Positions 63,271 to 64,000 of a stretch of DNA of 64,000 nt are shown here, piece after piece (the stretch's first letter is position 1; each line of letters opens with the position of its first letter). The notes under the pieces are model-generated. The model was not told the DNA's origin, made no database searches, and saw only the letters and a list, made by a program, of their open reading frames with translations. The position numbers and the translations under genes were made by a program. Source of the stretch: Ignavibacteriota bacterium (GTDB lineage Bacteria > Bacteroidota > Ignavibacteria > UBA10030 > UBA6906); contig CAWDEM010000008.1 of the NCBI GenBank assembly GCA_963801355.1, forward strand, positions 2,080,001 to 2,144,000, read 5' to 3'.

Positions 63271-63320
63271 GGCATACCTCCTGCTATGATGATTACTGAA
63301 TGCACGACTTCGAAAGTCTT

Positions 63321-64000
63321 CTACATACTGTACCTCAGCCCCAGGTTGGCCGTCAATCCGTAATGCTGCTGAATAGTGAACCCGTTGATCGAGGCCTGGG
63401 CCGATTCGTTCTTTCTGTTGTTCACATTGGTGATGTCGAGGAATATCTGCAGGCCGGTCACGGGGAGCTTTTGCCGCACCGAGGCATCGATCCGGAAGTA
63501 ATCCTTGGTGAAGCCGTCTTGCTCGGCAAATGCGCCGATGTTGCTGACAGAGTTCCCCTGGAACAGGAAGGACAAACGACCCGAGAATCCCTCGTAGTCA
63601 TACCCCACGTAGGCGTTCAACACATCATCAGGCTGGTTGATCAGTCGTCCGGGACGGTCTCGGTTGAGCAGTACGACTTTGGCGGTGCGGGGCGGAATGA
63701 TGATGGTGGTATCATTCCTCCAGGGATATGTTGCGCTTGACGAGATGTGTGTATAGTTGACCCCCAGCACTATTCCATTCAGGGGTTCCGGTAGGTACCA
63801 GAATCTCGTCTGCAGGTCTACTTCAAAGCCTCTTACAAACGCGGGGGATGGACTATTGGTGTACGTGTAGAGCTGCGCCCCGTCCTTGGGATGGACCGTG
63901 CCGCTGCCCGTACGCACGCTGTACGACATGATTGAGTCAAGCCCGTCCGGTTGCGTGGGGTGCAACGTGTATTGTGTAGCGTAGGTGAAATTTCTTACCT
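63321..64000 (-). CDS. TonB-dependent receptor, C-terminal part (runs off the window end)
   Basis: Open frame to the window edge; VRGFEVDLQT, LGVNYTHI.S, RLINQP..VLN..VGYDY.GFS.R, RIDASVRQK, terminal GLTANLGLRYSM. Confidence 0.88.
   Translation of the reverse strand, partial: VRNFTYATQYTLHPTQPDGLDSIMSYSVRTGSGTVHPKDGAQLYTYTNSPSPAFVRGFEVDLQTRFWYLPEPLNGIVLGVNYTHISSSATYPWRNDTTIIIPPRTAKVVLLNRDRPGRLINQPDDVLNAYVGYDYEGFSGRLSFLFQGNSVSNIGAFAEQDGFTKDYFRIDASVRQKLPVTGLQIFLDITNVNNRKNESAQASINGFTIQQHYGLTANLGLRYSM

Noticed and set aside
1-64000. tRNA, rRNA, IS elements, integrases, prophage or defence genes
   Set aside because: No cloverleaf, rRNA-like tract, transposase, recombinase or phage motif was recognised. 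Nearly all sequence is accounted for by metabolic CDSs.

Overview
Bacterial window of about 60% GC, most consistent with an Ignavibacteria-like member of the Bacteroidota/FCB group. This is inferred from many NYPNPFNP-type T9SS C-terminal domains, a PorV-like barrel, Shine-Dalgarno RBSs and sigma70-type -35/-10 promoters. It has four parts. (1) 1-10.2 kb holds housekeeping and stress genes: M28 peptidase, PduO-type adenosyltransferase, Yip1, mntP, a UroD/MtaA-family protein, quinol-dependent NO reductase, a cold-shock protein, a GH42-like enzyme and a GT4. (2) 10.2-32.8 kb is a tightly packed minus-strand catabolic cluster: TonB-dependent receptor, atypical-CTD surface protein, PorV paralogue, two tandem-GNAT acetyltransferases, an unusual GH-A-like hydrolase, SSS transporter, a 48-aa membrane protein, the glycyl radical enzyme HypD and its activase, serA, a GHMP sugar kinase, a nucleotidyltransferase and a second SSS, then a T9SS-tagged NagZ and an exported YdjC deacetylase. 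(3) 33-37.6 kb holds a second cold-shock gene, a T9SS-secreted amidase and a SpoIID-family protein. (4) 37.6-64 kb is a SusD-less xylan utilisation locus (xylB, GH115-GH43, three GH10 of which one is frameshifted, GH67, a beta-helix protein, CE4, GH43-CBM6, GH35-like, an FG-GAP protein, a T9SS cargo protein and a TBDR). The best candidate for an undescribed system is the TBDR/CTD/PorV-headed operon linking amino-sugar handling to anaerobic hydroxyproline dehydration. No rRNA, tRNA, CRISPR array or transposase was seen. All calls are from motif reading by eye, with no database searches.
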